Source: Ruditapes philippinarum
Lineage: Eukaryota
DNA length: 64,000 nt
Direction of reading: 5' to 3'
Assembly (NCBI RefSeq): GCF_026571515.1
Contig: NW_026854037.1
Location: forward strand, 1 to 64,000
Below, piece after piece: positions 1-12,739 of this stretch (position 1 is its first letter; each line of letters starts with the position of its first letter). Both the position numbers and the translations under genes were made by a program. The notes under the pieces were generated by a model that worked only from the letters and a program-made list of their open reading frames with translations, did not search any database and was not told the DNA's origin.

Positions 1-483
1 AACACAATTAGTTATGTTTGAACTTACAAATGTAAGCACATGATGAGCTTTCTTGTCCTTGAGTTTAAAATAAAAAGTCTCTTCATTAACTATGATTAAG
101 TAATGCTTATGGCATGGTCTTGAATTCCTATGAAGTAGTTATATAAGTCATGGCCGATTAAGGTCAAACTGAGTGGTTCTTTGTGTTCATAATGCAGTAG
201 TATTATCTATTAATTCACTTCTTATTATATTAGTAACAGAATTGCCTATGATTTCAACTGATTATGAGTGTCACAACTTATGGGTTTGGGGCCCTGGGCC
301 AAGAACTAGTTATCAGCCCCACTGAACATGAGTAGTGCAAAAACGGAAACAATGACGTCACATTTTACGTCATCAAATCAGCAAGCTGTAGATTGAAGCT
401 TGCACCTGTTCCTTTGTTTTTAATTCACACGCATTGGGAATTTCTATGAAAATTTCCTTCCAACAGTACTTTCAGTGCTTTGA

Positions 484-2346
484 TTTAAGTAATTTCTGAA
501 CATGTTTTTCAGAACTGTCTCATACTGGGAGTGGTCATAAATGGTTGAAATAGCCTAAATACTTGAATAAATATCAATTTTGATCTATCTGACAGTTTTT
601 TTAACTTTGATAAGCAGATTTTGAAGGGACGGTCAAAAATAAACATAAAACAGCTGATTTTTGCTCAAACGCGAAACACATCGCAATCAATTTTCCTTTC
701 GCAATGTCATAAATTGGCATTATGTAAATAAGTTTCACTTTTAAATCCTTGAAATGTCATTTTGCTATGTATCTGGAAGCAGATTTCTTTCAAAGAATGA
801 CATTTTTTCATTGTCTTTAGCTCGAAATTCTAGCATGGCAGCTTTTTTGCGGAATAACTGAACATTGAAAATCTTGATACAACACATGCTCTAGAGCAGA
901 AATTGGAGCAGGAGAGAAGTTGGCACATCTTAAAATGGATTGAAAATATGCCTGAATATATGCTTAGCATGAAAGAATGTTAGTAGAATTGTAAATGCAT
1001 CATAATCATGTGTTTTTGTGGACTTTGAAATACTTCTTGTTTTGTCATTAAAAAATGGGTAATTTTAAGGTAAATTCTCAGTATTCATGACCTTTTTTTA
1101 TTGGCAATATTTGCTGAAGCATGTAGTGCCCTTATATAATTCAGTGGTAAATTTCATTCAAATTGATCAAATTATAGAAATGAAGGTCAAAATTGTGGTT
1201 TTAAAAATGTTTTGTTGTGCTTTAAGAGCAAAATTTGATTTTTTGTAAGTACTTTTTAATATCATAATTACATGTTTATATTGACCCAAAGCTGTGGCAA
1301 TGGTGAAATATGAGCTTTTAAAGTGCATATTTTGCCTCATGTCTATATTAGAGAGCAAAATCAAGGGGAGGTAATTCTTCATTGACAGTTAAAAATCATG
1401 CATTTAAGTGTTTGGAGAGCTATTCATCTTCACATTTAAGCTCACCCGAGTCATTTTCTCTAACATAGTGGTTCCAGGAGCATTCAAATGATAGAAAAAA
1501 AGCAATTTTCGTATAAAATTTTGGACTATCGCATCGATTCCAACCATTTTAGTTCAAATGAAGGCCTCGGATCGGGCATTTTTTGCGAGCCAGTCCATTT
1601 TTTAAGTAATTTCTGAACATGTTTTTCAGAACTGTCTCATACTGGGAGTGGTCATAAATGGTTGAAATAGCCTAAATACTTGAATAAATATCAATTTTTG
1701 ATCTATCTGACAGTTTTTTTAACTTTGATAAGCAGATTTTGAAGGGACGGTCAAAAATAAACATAAAACAGCTGATTTTTGCTCAAACGCGAAACACATC
1801 GCCAATCAATTTTCCTTTCGCAATGCCATAAATTGGCATTATGTAAATAAGTTTCACTTTTAAATCCTTGAAATGTCATTTTGCTATGTATCTGGAAGCA
1901 GATTTCTTTCAAAGAATGACATTTTTTTTCATTGTCTGTAGCTCGAAATTCTAACATGGCAGCTTTTTTGCGGAATAACTGAACATTGAAAATCTTGATA
2001 CAACACATGCTCTAGAGCAGAAATTGGAGCAGGAGAGAAGTTGGCACATCTTAAAATGGATTGAAAATATGCCTGAATATATGCTTAGCATGAAAGAATG
2101 TTAGTAGAATTGTAAATGCATCATAATCATGTGTTTTGTGGACTTTGAAATACTTCTTGTTTTGTCATTAAAAAATGGGTAATTTTAAGGTAAATTCTCA
2201 GTATTCATGACCTTTTTTTATTGGCAATATTTGCTGAAGCATGTAGTGCCCTTATATAATTCAGTGGTAAATTTCATTCAAATTGATCAAATTATAGAAA
2301 TGAAGGTCAAAATTGTGGTTTTAAAAATGTTTTGTTGTGCTTTAAG
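484..2346 (+). repeat. Near-identical ~745 bp direct repeat (484-1226 and 1601-2346)
   Basis: Both copies run TTTAAGTAATTTCTGAACATG...GTTTTGTTGTGCTTTAAG. They differ by a few substitutions and homopolymer-length indels. Confidence 0.95.
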
Positions 2347-3709
2347 GAGGCAGTACACAGTTTCGGCTGTTTAGTTTCGAATTGGCCAGGGTGGAATTTA
2401 CAAATAAGAGACAGTTTTGAAATTGAAGTGGATATTTGAGGTTCTAAATGTTTATAGTTACTACATTTCAAGTTTCAATGACTAGTATTGTGTTTCAGTT
2501 ATTTAGTAAAATTGAATTTAGTGGCGTTAACCCTTGCTTTTTTGAGAGAGCACCTGTCGGATGCGAACATGTGGTTTTTGGAGCTAGGCGGTGAATCAGC
2601 TCTTCAATTTAAAGGGTATGCAGAAGACTTAAAATAGTGAAAAAAGTAGGTGCATGACTCCCCGTTTGTATGTTATTTTCAGATTGTGCATTGTTTAAGA
2701 AGGAAGAATCACTATAGCTTGTGATTTAATCTTTTGACGTTAATATATTGTTGTATTTTGCGAATAGGGGTAATCCGCTCTTTTTGTCGTTGATTTTCGC
2801 GACCAAAACAATGAAAAACACAGGGCTATGTGCCAGAAAACTAGAAGGTGGACATGTATTTTTAATTGTTTGCTGTGAGATACATATGTATATGTTAAAT
2901 ATGAAATGCATTTCATGTGATTACTTGTGTGTGAGGTTTTATTTGTGGCGCAGTCAGTTGTTTGCCGAGAAGCCTTGAAAACTGTGTATTGCCCCCATTG
3001 ATATTGTACCCGAAAAATGTTCACTGTTACTATTTATCGAATATGGAATAGTAAAACGCTAATTCAAAAATAATACATTGATTTATAACAATTTAAATGT
3101 TTAAAACGGAATGAAACATCCACGTAGCCTAAGTGAGTAAATGATATTTTCCGATTTTTCTACGTGATTTGTTCACTTCGATGTTAATTTTTCGTCATGT
3201 TCGTATTTTTGAAACGGAGCATGCGAGACTGCTCCTAATAAATTTTGCTATAAGGTCAGGGTACGCATTGTATTGGCTGAAAAAAAAGTGTAGGGGAAAC
3301 CGTATGAATCACTATATACATGAGGTGATTGGATGAGAATGAGGTATTTTTTAAGTGTAAAAAACTAAATTAAAAAGTAACACTTATACTGTTTTCTGAA
3401 CGAAATGAAATATTTCATGAGTCTCTATGATAATTTTGACTCGGATATTTGCATTAATAAAATTGTATGTCAGTCCTGTGATAATTAGAAAATTTCAATG
3501 AAATGGGGGGTAATCCTCTTTTGAAGTCATTTTGCAAAAAAATTGGTTGGCTACCACTATATACACAGGCATTTTTATGTGTCAAGCATTTCATTCTGCT
3601 AGAAAAATCACCTCTTTAGCATGAAAACTCAATTTTAAGGTAGGATTAGGGACCATTTCTTATAATGTAAGTCTATGGAAATAACAATGTGAGTGTCTGA
3701 CCATAAATG

Positions 3710-6042
3710 TGATTCATTCACTACAATCACTACATTCCTGGCATAAGTGACCATGACATTGTGACTGTGGACTCTGATATTGTTCCTAGACGCCAGAAAC
3801 CAGTCCAACGTCGTATTTACTTATGGAAAAAAGCTAATATACCGGCCATGAACGAAGATCTTCAACAACTTCTAAAAACATTTTATACAGGAACACAACT
3901 CGAGCACCCAATTAACACCTGTGGACCATCTTCAAGAAGAAGTGCTCAGACAACATCGATAGTTTGTGCCATCTAAATGACATTCACAAGATTCAATCAA
4001 CCCTGGTGTAACCGACTGATAAGGCGTCTAGCCAGAAAGAAGAAAAGAAGGCCTACAGGAAAGCCAGAAAATCAAAGAACCAACAGACTGGGACATTTAC
4101 AGGAGCATCCAGAAACAGAATCAAACAAAAAGTGCCGAGAACCAGGAACGAGTATGTTAGGAACATGGTCAGTGACCTGGTACCAATAACAAAAAGCTCT
4201 ACTCGTACGTCAAGAGCATGAAGAGTGACAGCTCAGGCGTTGCACCACTCAAAAAGATGCATCAGCCATTCCGACCCAGTGTGCCAAAGCAGAGATTCTC
4301 AATGCCCAATTCTCTCCGTCTTTACCGAAGAAGATGCTGAGAACCTTACAAAACTATGGGCCCTAACCTTCAAGAAACAGCCCCTCCACTGCAGATCCAT
4401 GAGAAGGGTGTCAAGAAGCTCCTGGAGAATCTCAACCCACACAGGCCACTGGACCGGACCAGATCTCATCCAGATTTCTGAGGGAACTGGCTTTCAGCCA
4501 TATCACCAATGCTGACACTTTCATATTCCAAGCTTCCGACAACAGACGATCAGAGCCAAGTACCAGATGACTGGAAGGGCGCACTGACTAGTCACACACT
4601 ATTCAAGAAGGGGAACAAGAGTAAGCCTTCAAACTATCGCCCAGTCTGCGCCTGACATCCATCTGTTGCAAAGATTATGGAGCACATTGTCCATAGCCAG
4701 TGATCAGTTTCCTCGATCAGAACAACATCCTCTCCGATATGCAACATGGCTTTCGGAAGAAAGAGATCATGCGAGACGCAACTGATCACCACAGTCCAGG
4801 ACCTTGCAACGGGCCGTGAACAACAAAAGCAGAGATCGACGCCATCTTACTAGACTTCTCCAAGGCGTTTTGACAAGGTCCCCCATCGAACGTCTCTCGG
4901 GCCAAGCTTCACCACTATGGGATCAGAGGCAAGACTCTGGGTTGGATCAACAGCTTCTCTCAACCGATCAACAACAGTAGTACTCGACGGGAAGACATCC
5001 TCTCCAGCACCAGTCAATTAGGAGTCCCGCAAGGCACAGTCCTAGGGCCTCTCTTGTTTCTAGTCTACATTAACACTTGCCTGGCACGGTCTCCCCACAG
5101 CACGCCTCTTCGCAGATGACTGCCTACTATATAGGACCATCAGCTCTGAGGAAGACAGCATTGCACTACAACAGGATCTTGCCGCCTACAAAACTGGGAG
5201 CAAGACTGGTTGATGATGTTTAATCCCGACAAGTGTGAGATGATTCGCATTACCAACAAGCGGAAAGTGATAACTTGGTCCTATGCCATCCATGGCCAAA
5301 CACTCAAGCAGACGAAGGAAAGCAAAGTATCTGAGTGGTCACACTTGACAATACGCTTTCCTGGAACAGCACATTGACGCTACTGCCATAAGAAGGCGAA
5401 CACCACCGCTGCCTTTCTACGCAGAAACTTATCACACTGTCCACAGAACATCAAGGCGACATGTTACAAAACACTGGTTAGACCTCAGCTCGAGTATGCT
5501 CGTCAGTATGGGACCCACACACCAAGGCCACATCAGTAAGCTCGAGAACTGCCAACGAAGAGCAGCCAGGTTCTGCACAGGTGATTATCGTCACACCAAG
5601 CAGCGTTTTACTGCAATGATGGAAAGCTCTAAGCTGGGACACTCTAGAAGCCCGCGTCAGCAAACCAAAGCAGTGATGATGTACAGAGTCATTAACAGGC
5701 CTGGTGGATATCCGAGCCCATCACATACTGATCCTGCTGGAGCACACACCCGAGGCCATGCCAACAAGTACCTTACAACCTTTACCAGTGTCAACTCATA
5801 CAAGTACTGCGTCGTTTTCCTTCTGGGATCCGACTTTGGAACAGCCTACCAGAAGTCGTGATGACAGCCCGTCCCTAAGAGGTCTTCAAGACGAGGATGG
5901 GTGCGCTGCACGAGTAACTCTGGAGCATGGTGTTTTTAACCTGTTTTTAGCTGCACTTGATGTTCCCTTCACTCATGTAAATAGTCACAATTGTGCGACG
6001 ATGCTCCAGAGGGGCCCAGCACATTACCCGGAAGAAGAAGAA
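3710..6042 (+). mobile_element. 5'-truncated, frameshifted LINE ORF2 (end of APE endonuclease plus reverse transcriptase; CR1/L2/RTE-X-like)
   Basis: Motifs read across frames: PGISDHDIV (~3737, APE C-terminus), NYRPV, QHGFRK..SCETQL, DFSKAF-DKV, GVPQGTVLGPLLFLVYIN (~5021-5074), LFADDC (~5107), FNPDKC, LVRPQLEYA..WDP. It ends in a (GAA)4 tail at 6031-6042. Confidence 0.93.
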
Positions 6043-7235
6043 TCAGATACGCAAAAAATGGATGCCGCCAGCAATCAGTCTGAACACCGTGGAGAGGTCT
6101 GATGACCTCTCCAATAAATCAACATAGAGATAACTAGATGTACCCCAAAAAACGACAATAAAAACTGGAAAAACAGATCCTTCGGTAGCAACGAAAACAA
6201 TAATATTATATATAAATAGACTTGGTTTGACTTGGTCTATTCATGGAAATTTTTATTGAAATGTATGTCATTTTAACCGTTATTCAACAATACACAACAC
6301 TGAGGGCCTCATATCACCCTAGTGACAGATCAGTCAACCCAAACATTTTACATCCGTTAATGTTTTGATGACTTCAGGTTATAAAATGCCTATTTAGGCT
6401 CTAAGTACTGTGAATTGACTATACTTTACTTAATCATAATGGTGAAACTTATATTATAATATTATCTAAAAACCAAAATTTCCTATAAAATGTTCTATTA
6501 AATGTTGGCAGTCAGCTTATAGTACGGGCAATTTTGTAGAATAATCCTCGCAGTTACATGTCGCTAAATAGTTTTATTAAGTTGAAATGTTCTAATTGTC
6601 ATTTATCAACCTAGTAAAGTTTCTTGCATCGTAATATTTAAACAGAACAAAATCTTGTATGACTATCAATAGAGTTGTGAAAAATGAAAAAGAGATGAAA
6701 AAGAGATGATAATTTTTTATGTCTGCGTTTGCGAGAATTTTTTTATTCCATGAAAGCGGCTATACATCGCATGTAAAGAATACATGTACTCTTACACAGG
6801 GACTCATATTATGATGAAGCCCAAGTATCACTACTGTAAAATACCCTAAACTCAAATTCATTATTAATTTACTTCCGTGCATTGATTCTTGCTAAAATTA
6901 AGTTAGCAGGCATTATGTCTAAATATATATTTTAACAATATTCAAACAGTAAAGTAATAGATCCACCAATGAAAAGGACAACTTGAAAGAACCTCAAAAA
7001 CCACAAACTCAACAGTTAGCTCCTAAACATCTGTTCAACATTATTTGCCGACCAACGAATTTACTCGAGTTTTTTTTAAAAAAAAAAGACCTTCTATAGT
7101 ATTTACAGACAAATTTTGTCACTTATTTGTTAAGTCTAACACATAATGATTAAGAGTTTTGAACGAAGTGTTCATGTGTAAACAGAATGTAAGAGCACCG
7201 TTTATTATGACGACGTGTCATTGGTAAATTTTGAA

Positions 7236-8495
7236 AACCACAGGTTTTTCCGAAGGAAAAAAACTGGTTTATTAGATTGAGGTATGATCGGCGGGCGGGC
7301 GGACGGGCGGGGCGGGCGGGCGGGCATGCGTAAAACCCAATTTCTTCTGTGCGCAACTCCTCCTACATTTCTCACGGATTTTAACCAAACTTTCACAGAA
7401 GCTTTGTCATCAAGTGCCCTGGCGCATATTGTCGGGGTTTTGCGATTAGATAATATTTGACCTAATTTGGCCCTTTGTTTTTTTTCCTTTATAAAATATA
7501 TAGTGAAACAATTTCTTCTGTGCGCAACTCCTCCTACATTCTCAACGGATTTTGACCAACTTTCACAGAAGCTTTGTCATCAAGTGGCCCTGTCACATAT
7601 TGCCAGGGTTTTGAGGCAATTGGTATATATTTGACCTAATTATGGCCCTTTGTTTTTTTTCCCTTATATAGAATATATAGTGAACAATTTCTTCTGTGCG
7701 CACTCCTCTCTACATTTCTTAACGGATTTTGACCAAAACTTTCTTAGAAGCTTTGTTTCAAAGTGCCTGGCAACATATTGTCGGGGTTTTGTGATTGGAT
7801 AATATTTGACCGAATTATGGCCCTTTGTATATTTTTTCCTTTATACAGTAATATATAGAGAACAATTTCTTCTGTGCTCAACTCCTCCTACATTCTCAAA
7901 CGGATTTTTTGACCAAACTTTCTTAGAAGCTTTGTTATCAAGTGCCTGCACATATTGTCGTCAGGGTTTTGTGATTGGATAATATTTGACCGAATTATGG
8001 CCCTTTTGTATATTTTTTCTCTTATACAGAATATATAGTGAACAATTTCTACAGTGCGTCAACTTCTACATTTTTTATGGATTTTGACCCAAACTTTCAC
8101 AAAACTTTGTCATCAAAAGTGCCCTGGGCGCTCACTAAATTCCCCATGTTTCTTCCAAGACATCATTCAAGTATTTTTTTAAAATTGTGAACATACTTTT
8201 CTTGATATCGCACAAAACACACACACCAATATTGTTGACAAAAGAAAATGACAAGAAGACGCAAAAATGCAAAAATTAAGCAAAAATAAAGTACTGTTTA
8301 CCCCTTTCTAAATATTTGGGGAAAAAAGGCGAATAGACAAACATAAAATTTCTCAATCATTTTTGTTTGAGGAATATTAAAAGAGCCATAATTCCTCCTA
8401 AAAGTTCAATTAAAAACAAATGCCCCTTCATGACAAAGCTTCTGTGAAATATTTTGCTGAAAACCTGGTTGCATCGCATTGCGATGTTCCTTGTT
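7236..8495 (+). mobile_element. Non-autonomous Helentron/HINE-like element with internal ~175-bp tandem repeats
   Basis: 5' stem-loop AACCACAGGTTTTT..AAAAAAACTGGTT, then a (GGGC)n microsatellite. Core repeats CAATTTCTTCTGTGCGCAACTCC start at ~7338, 7510, 7685, 7863 and 8043. The 3' end has subterminal IR AAAACCTGGTT (8460-8470), hairpin CATCGC-ATT-GCGATG and terminal CTTGTT. Confidence 0.75.
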
Positions 8496-9930
8496 GTTTC
8501 TTCAAACAATCTGGTTTTTAAGGCGGGGTCGTTTTGTCTATAATATCATATGCAGAATATCTAAACAAACACAAACATTTGGTAAAAAACAGTTGACATA
8601 CATTAATCACACTATATATTGCAAGTATTTGTTAAATAATGCACACAGGCACATGACGTTTCACTCCTCTTTTTAAAAATATTTAGGGGTTATATCAGTA
8701 TGCTTCACATGGAAATGTCCACAGAAAATTATACAGAGAAAGGCTTTCGTTGATATCACAAAACATAATTCATACTTTTTAGAAGATTGCAACGATGAAG
8801 AAATTAAGATGTACCCGATGTAAATATTGTGCATACTGCACACATCAACATGATATTCATAAAAATGTTAATTTACGAAACTGATTAGTAAAATGTGCTT
8901 CCTTAACTCTACCATTTGTATTGCAAGGCGTTCCAGGTAGGGTTAAATAAGGTTAAACACTAAGTAAGTTAGTTTTTATCAAGTGAAGATATAAAATTAA
9001 GAACCCGCGGTCGTTCCTCCCAGTTGCTTTCTTCGGGCTTATTAATCATTAAAAGTTCACCCATATATATAGAGGTTCTTCGAAAATCAATCAATTACCT
9101 CTTTTAATAGCGGGTCGGTTTGTTAATTATTCCATGGTGAAAGAATAAACAAACCCAAACATTTTGCTGAATTACAACTTACATAATTATATTAATCACA
9201 AATGGATGATGATTTTCATAAACATTTGTGAATTAATGCATGCCATGAAGTGTATAGTGTCAACCCTCTTTTCGCATTGTTTAGGGCCCTAGGAGTTATT
9301 TCAATATATTTCATATGGAAGTTTCCTCAAACCCTCAGCGACTAAATAATACAGAGAAGGGTTAAGGTTGATATCATAATATCCAATTTTTTCCCAAAAG
9401 TTTTTAAAAAAAATTTGGGGCACAAGTAAAATTAAATTTCCTCGGTCACAGATTTTCCCTTTTTATTAATCTTTATATTGATTAACGTAAAATTAAACAT
9501 TACTTAAAAAATGAAATGTGTTTCCCTACACTCCTTCCCCAATAATATTGTAAACAATTTTTCTATAGCCCGGGAGTGTAGAATTATGTATTAAAATTCA
9601 TTTATGTTTAAACCCAAATGGGAAAAAGTTTTAACATTTCCCAGTTCTCTGAAAACAGTATTCCCACCTAAGGGGAAAAATTTAAACCTTTTTTAAAGAG
9701 AAATATGCCTTTTAAAAACATGAATGCTTTTCGGGCCAAACACAGATTATGACATTTCCCAAAAAATTCTGATTTTTGGTTTTCCCTATTTTTATAGGTA
9801 AAAAATTTCCCTTTATTTTCAAAAAGAAAAAAGCATTTGCCACTTTAAGCATAGGTCCAAATTGTACTAACATCTTAAATTTACACAGGTAGTCAGGTAA
9901 ATATCATGCCAGAATCAAAATTCAAGCACC

Positions 9931-10137
9931 GCCTCCGTGGTCGAGGAGTTAGAGTCGATGACTTGTAATCCAGTTACCTCTCAGGCGTGGGTTCGATCCC
10001 CGGGAGATGCTTAGGTAGTTTAGCGCGAAGGAAGGTAGTCTAGTACTGGTGTCACTCTCCAGGAACGATGGTTAGAAAACCTCCCGCCTATATGACTGAA
10101 ATTCTGTTGGAAAAAGGCGTAAAATAAAACAAACAAA
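9931..10137 (+). mobile_element. Full-length tRNA-derived SINE inserted in the Gypsy protease
   Basis: A-box-like TGGTCGAGGAG, B box GGTTCGATCCC and an (AAAC)n tail. Exact 15-bp TSD CAAAATTCAAGCACC at 9916-9930 and 10138-10152. Confidence 0.92.
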
Positions 10138-12629
10138 CAAAATTCAAGCACCTTGGTATTAAGTACCCCTTACAACACTCAAGTGCAAAGCTTTAATCAT
10201 ATACTGGCAATCGCAATAAGGTCAAAGGTACAATCAGGTTACAAGTAACCTGTAAGTAAACAAGCCACTATGCCTTTTACATTTTATGTTGTAGAAACTA
10301 CATCCTCATCCCTGTTTTCCCTGTTGTTTACTCATTGGATAGTCAGGAAATATCTCCTGAGACTGGCTACAAGCCCTCTATACTCGATGAATTTAAACAT
10401 GTCTTTGATGGCATTGGTTTAATGTCAGGTGAAGTAAAATTACATTTGAGGCCCGACTCTATACCAGTCGTAAACCCACCTCTGTCCCATTTTAAGACAA
10501 ACTACGAGAGGAACTTGATTGGAAAAGCTCGAAATAATTGACAAGATCAAAAATCCAACTGAATGGGTTAACAATCAAGTGATTGTAGAGAAACCCAAAA
10601 CTAAGAAACTTAGGGTATGTCTAGACCCCAAGGCACTCAATGAAGCCCTGTATAGACCTTTCGAAGAAGTCACTTCGCAACTTGCAGGTGCAAAGTTCTT
10701 CTCAGTACTTGACGCCACAAGTGGTTATTGGAGTGTGAAATTGGATGAAACTTCATCATTAACACACCATTTGGTAGGTATCGTTTTAAGCGATTACATT
10801 TTGGACTTATATGTTCACATGACATATTTCAACAGAAACTTGATGAAGCCTTTGAAAGATTACCAGGCGTTACTGGAATCGTTGACGACATTTTGGTATA
10901 TGGGCAGACAAAGGACGAACATGACTCAAATTTGAAACAAGTTTTTAAACGTTCATAGACATGTGGTGATAAATTCAATCCTGACAAATGTGTAATTAGA
11001 GTTACACAAGTGGCCTATTTTGGGTTATATTCTATCTGAAATTGGTTTGAAGCCCGATCTTCAAAAGATCAGTGCTATTACTGAAATGCAACCGCACAAT
11101 GATAAGGCTGAGCTACAAACATACTTAGGAATGTGTACGTACATGTCTAAATTTTCATCCAAATTAGCTGTGGTCACAGCCCCTATGTGTGCATTACTTA
11201 AGAAAGATGTAGAATTTGAGTGGAAAGGCATTTCAGGAGGTCAAATCTATTCTGTCATATGCCCTTGTTCTTGAATACTTTGATCATACGAAGCCAATTA
11301 TTATACAACGTGATGCTTCGGAGGATGTGCTAGGAAGCGTTTTATTCCGGGACAAAAAGCCCGTAGCCTTTGCTTTAAAAACCCTGACAAAAGCTGAAAT
11401 AAACTATTTAGAAAGAAATGTTAAGTAGAGTTTTTTCATGCAAGCGTTTTCATCAGTAAATATAGGTAATTGTAAATAATTACTGTAGAATCTGATCACA
11501 AGCCTATCTCATCTATTTGGAAAAAAAATCATTATGCAATGCAAGTCCAAGGTTACAACGAATGTTGTTACAGTTGAAGAAATATGATTTGAGTATTGTC
11601 CATGTCCCAGGCAAAGATATCCCTGTAGGAGACCCCTTGTCTCGAAAATCTTTGTCAGTAACATATCCTGAATTATCAGCAGATCTTTGTCTACATATGA
11701 ACACAGTGCTATCAAGCATAGCTGTAAGCGACTAAAAATTAGAACAGGTCAAGCAAGCAATTAGCAATGATTCACAATGTCAGTTGCTAACAGATACAAT
11801 AAGTGGTTGGCCGGAATCTAGAGCAAATTGTCCCGTCAAAATCGTAGATTTCTCGAATCACAGAGATGAATTGTCCGTGGGAAAAGACCTAATTTTCAGA
11901 GGTCAAAAATTACTCATACCTCTTTCACTTATACAGGAAATGATAAAGGCTATTCATGTAGGCCATATAGGCGTTGATAAATGCTTACAACGAGCCCGTG
12001 ATATAATGTTTTGGCCGAAAATGAGTTCCGATATTACCGACTATGTACTGAAATGTGATATTTGTTTGAAAAACATAAATTCAAACACTAAAGAGCCTTT
12101 AAAAAGTCACCCTATACCCGACAGACCATGGCAGGTAGTGGGCACAGACGTGTTCACATGGGAAAATGATGACTATTTAGTCACGGTTGACTATTTCAGT
12201 AGTTACTTTGAAGTTGACCTACTGACTAGCAGCAAAAGTGTTTCTATAATTAGAAAACTCAAGGTTATCTTTTCAAGGCATGGCATACCTGAAAAGTTGA
12301 TATCAGACAATGTTCCTTATTATGTAAGTGAAACGTTTAAGTCATTTGAAGTGACTGGAATTTTAGTCATGTGACAAGCAGTCCACTTTACAGTCAAAGT
12401 AATGGACTTGTAGAGAAAACAGTCCAAACAATAAAACGGCTATTTAGAAAAGCCAAAGAGAGTAAGACAGACCCTTACATGAGTATTTTAGAATACAGAA
12501 CAACCCCAATGAAAATCTCCATCACAACTATTATGAGCAGACGACTACGGACAATTTTGCCTATTAACAGTGAGTAACTTATGCCACAGAAAATTGACAT
12601 AAAAGATGTATGTATGAAACTTCAACAAG

Positions 12630-12739
12630 TATATGTTTGTTTTGTTTGTTTGTTTCATTTTACGCCTTTTCCCAACAGTATTTTTTCAGTCATATAGGCG
12701 GGTAGTTTCCTAACCATCATTCCTGGAGAGTTACACCAG
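12630..12739 (-). mobile_element. 5'-truncated copy of the same SINE, reverse orientation
   Basis: Its reverse complement matches the 3' half of 9931-10137 (CTCTCCAGGAA.GATGGTTAG..CCCGCCTATATGACTGAAA..AAAAGGCGTAAAAT..AAACAAAC). 12-bp TSD AACTTCAACAAG at 12618-12629 and 12740-12751. Confidence 0.9.

Noticed and set aside
9901-9915. ATATCA-TGCCAGAA as a 5' LTR end plus PBS
   Set aside because: It reads in frame as protease sequence (TGSQVNIMPE).
9931-10005. tRNA gene
   Set aside because: It is followed by a non-tRNA body, an (AAAC)n tail and a 15-bp TSD, so it is a SINE head.
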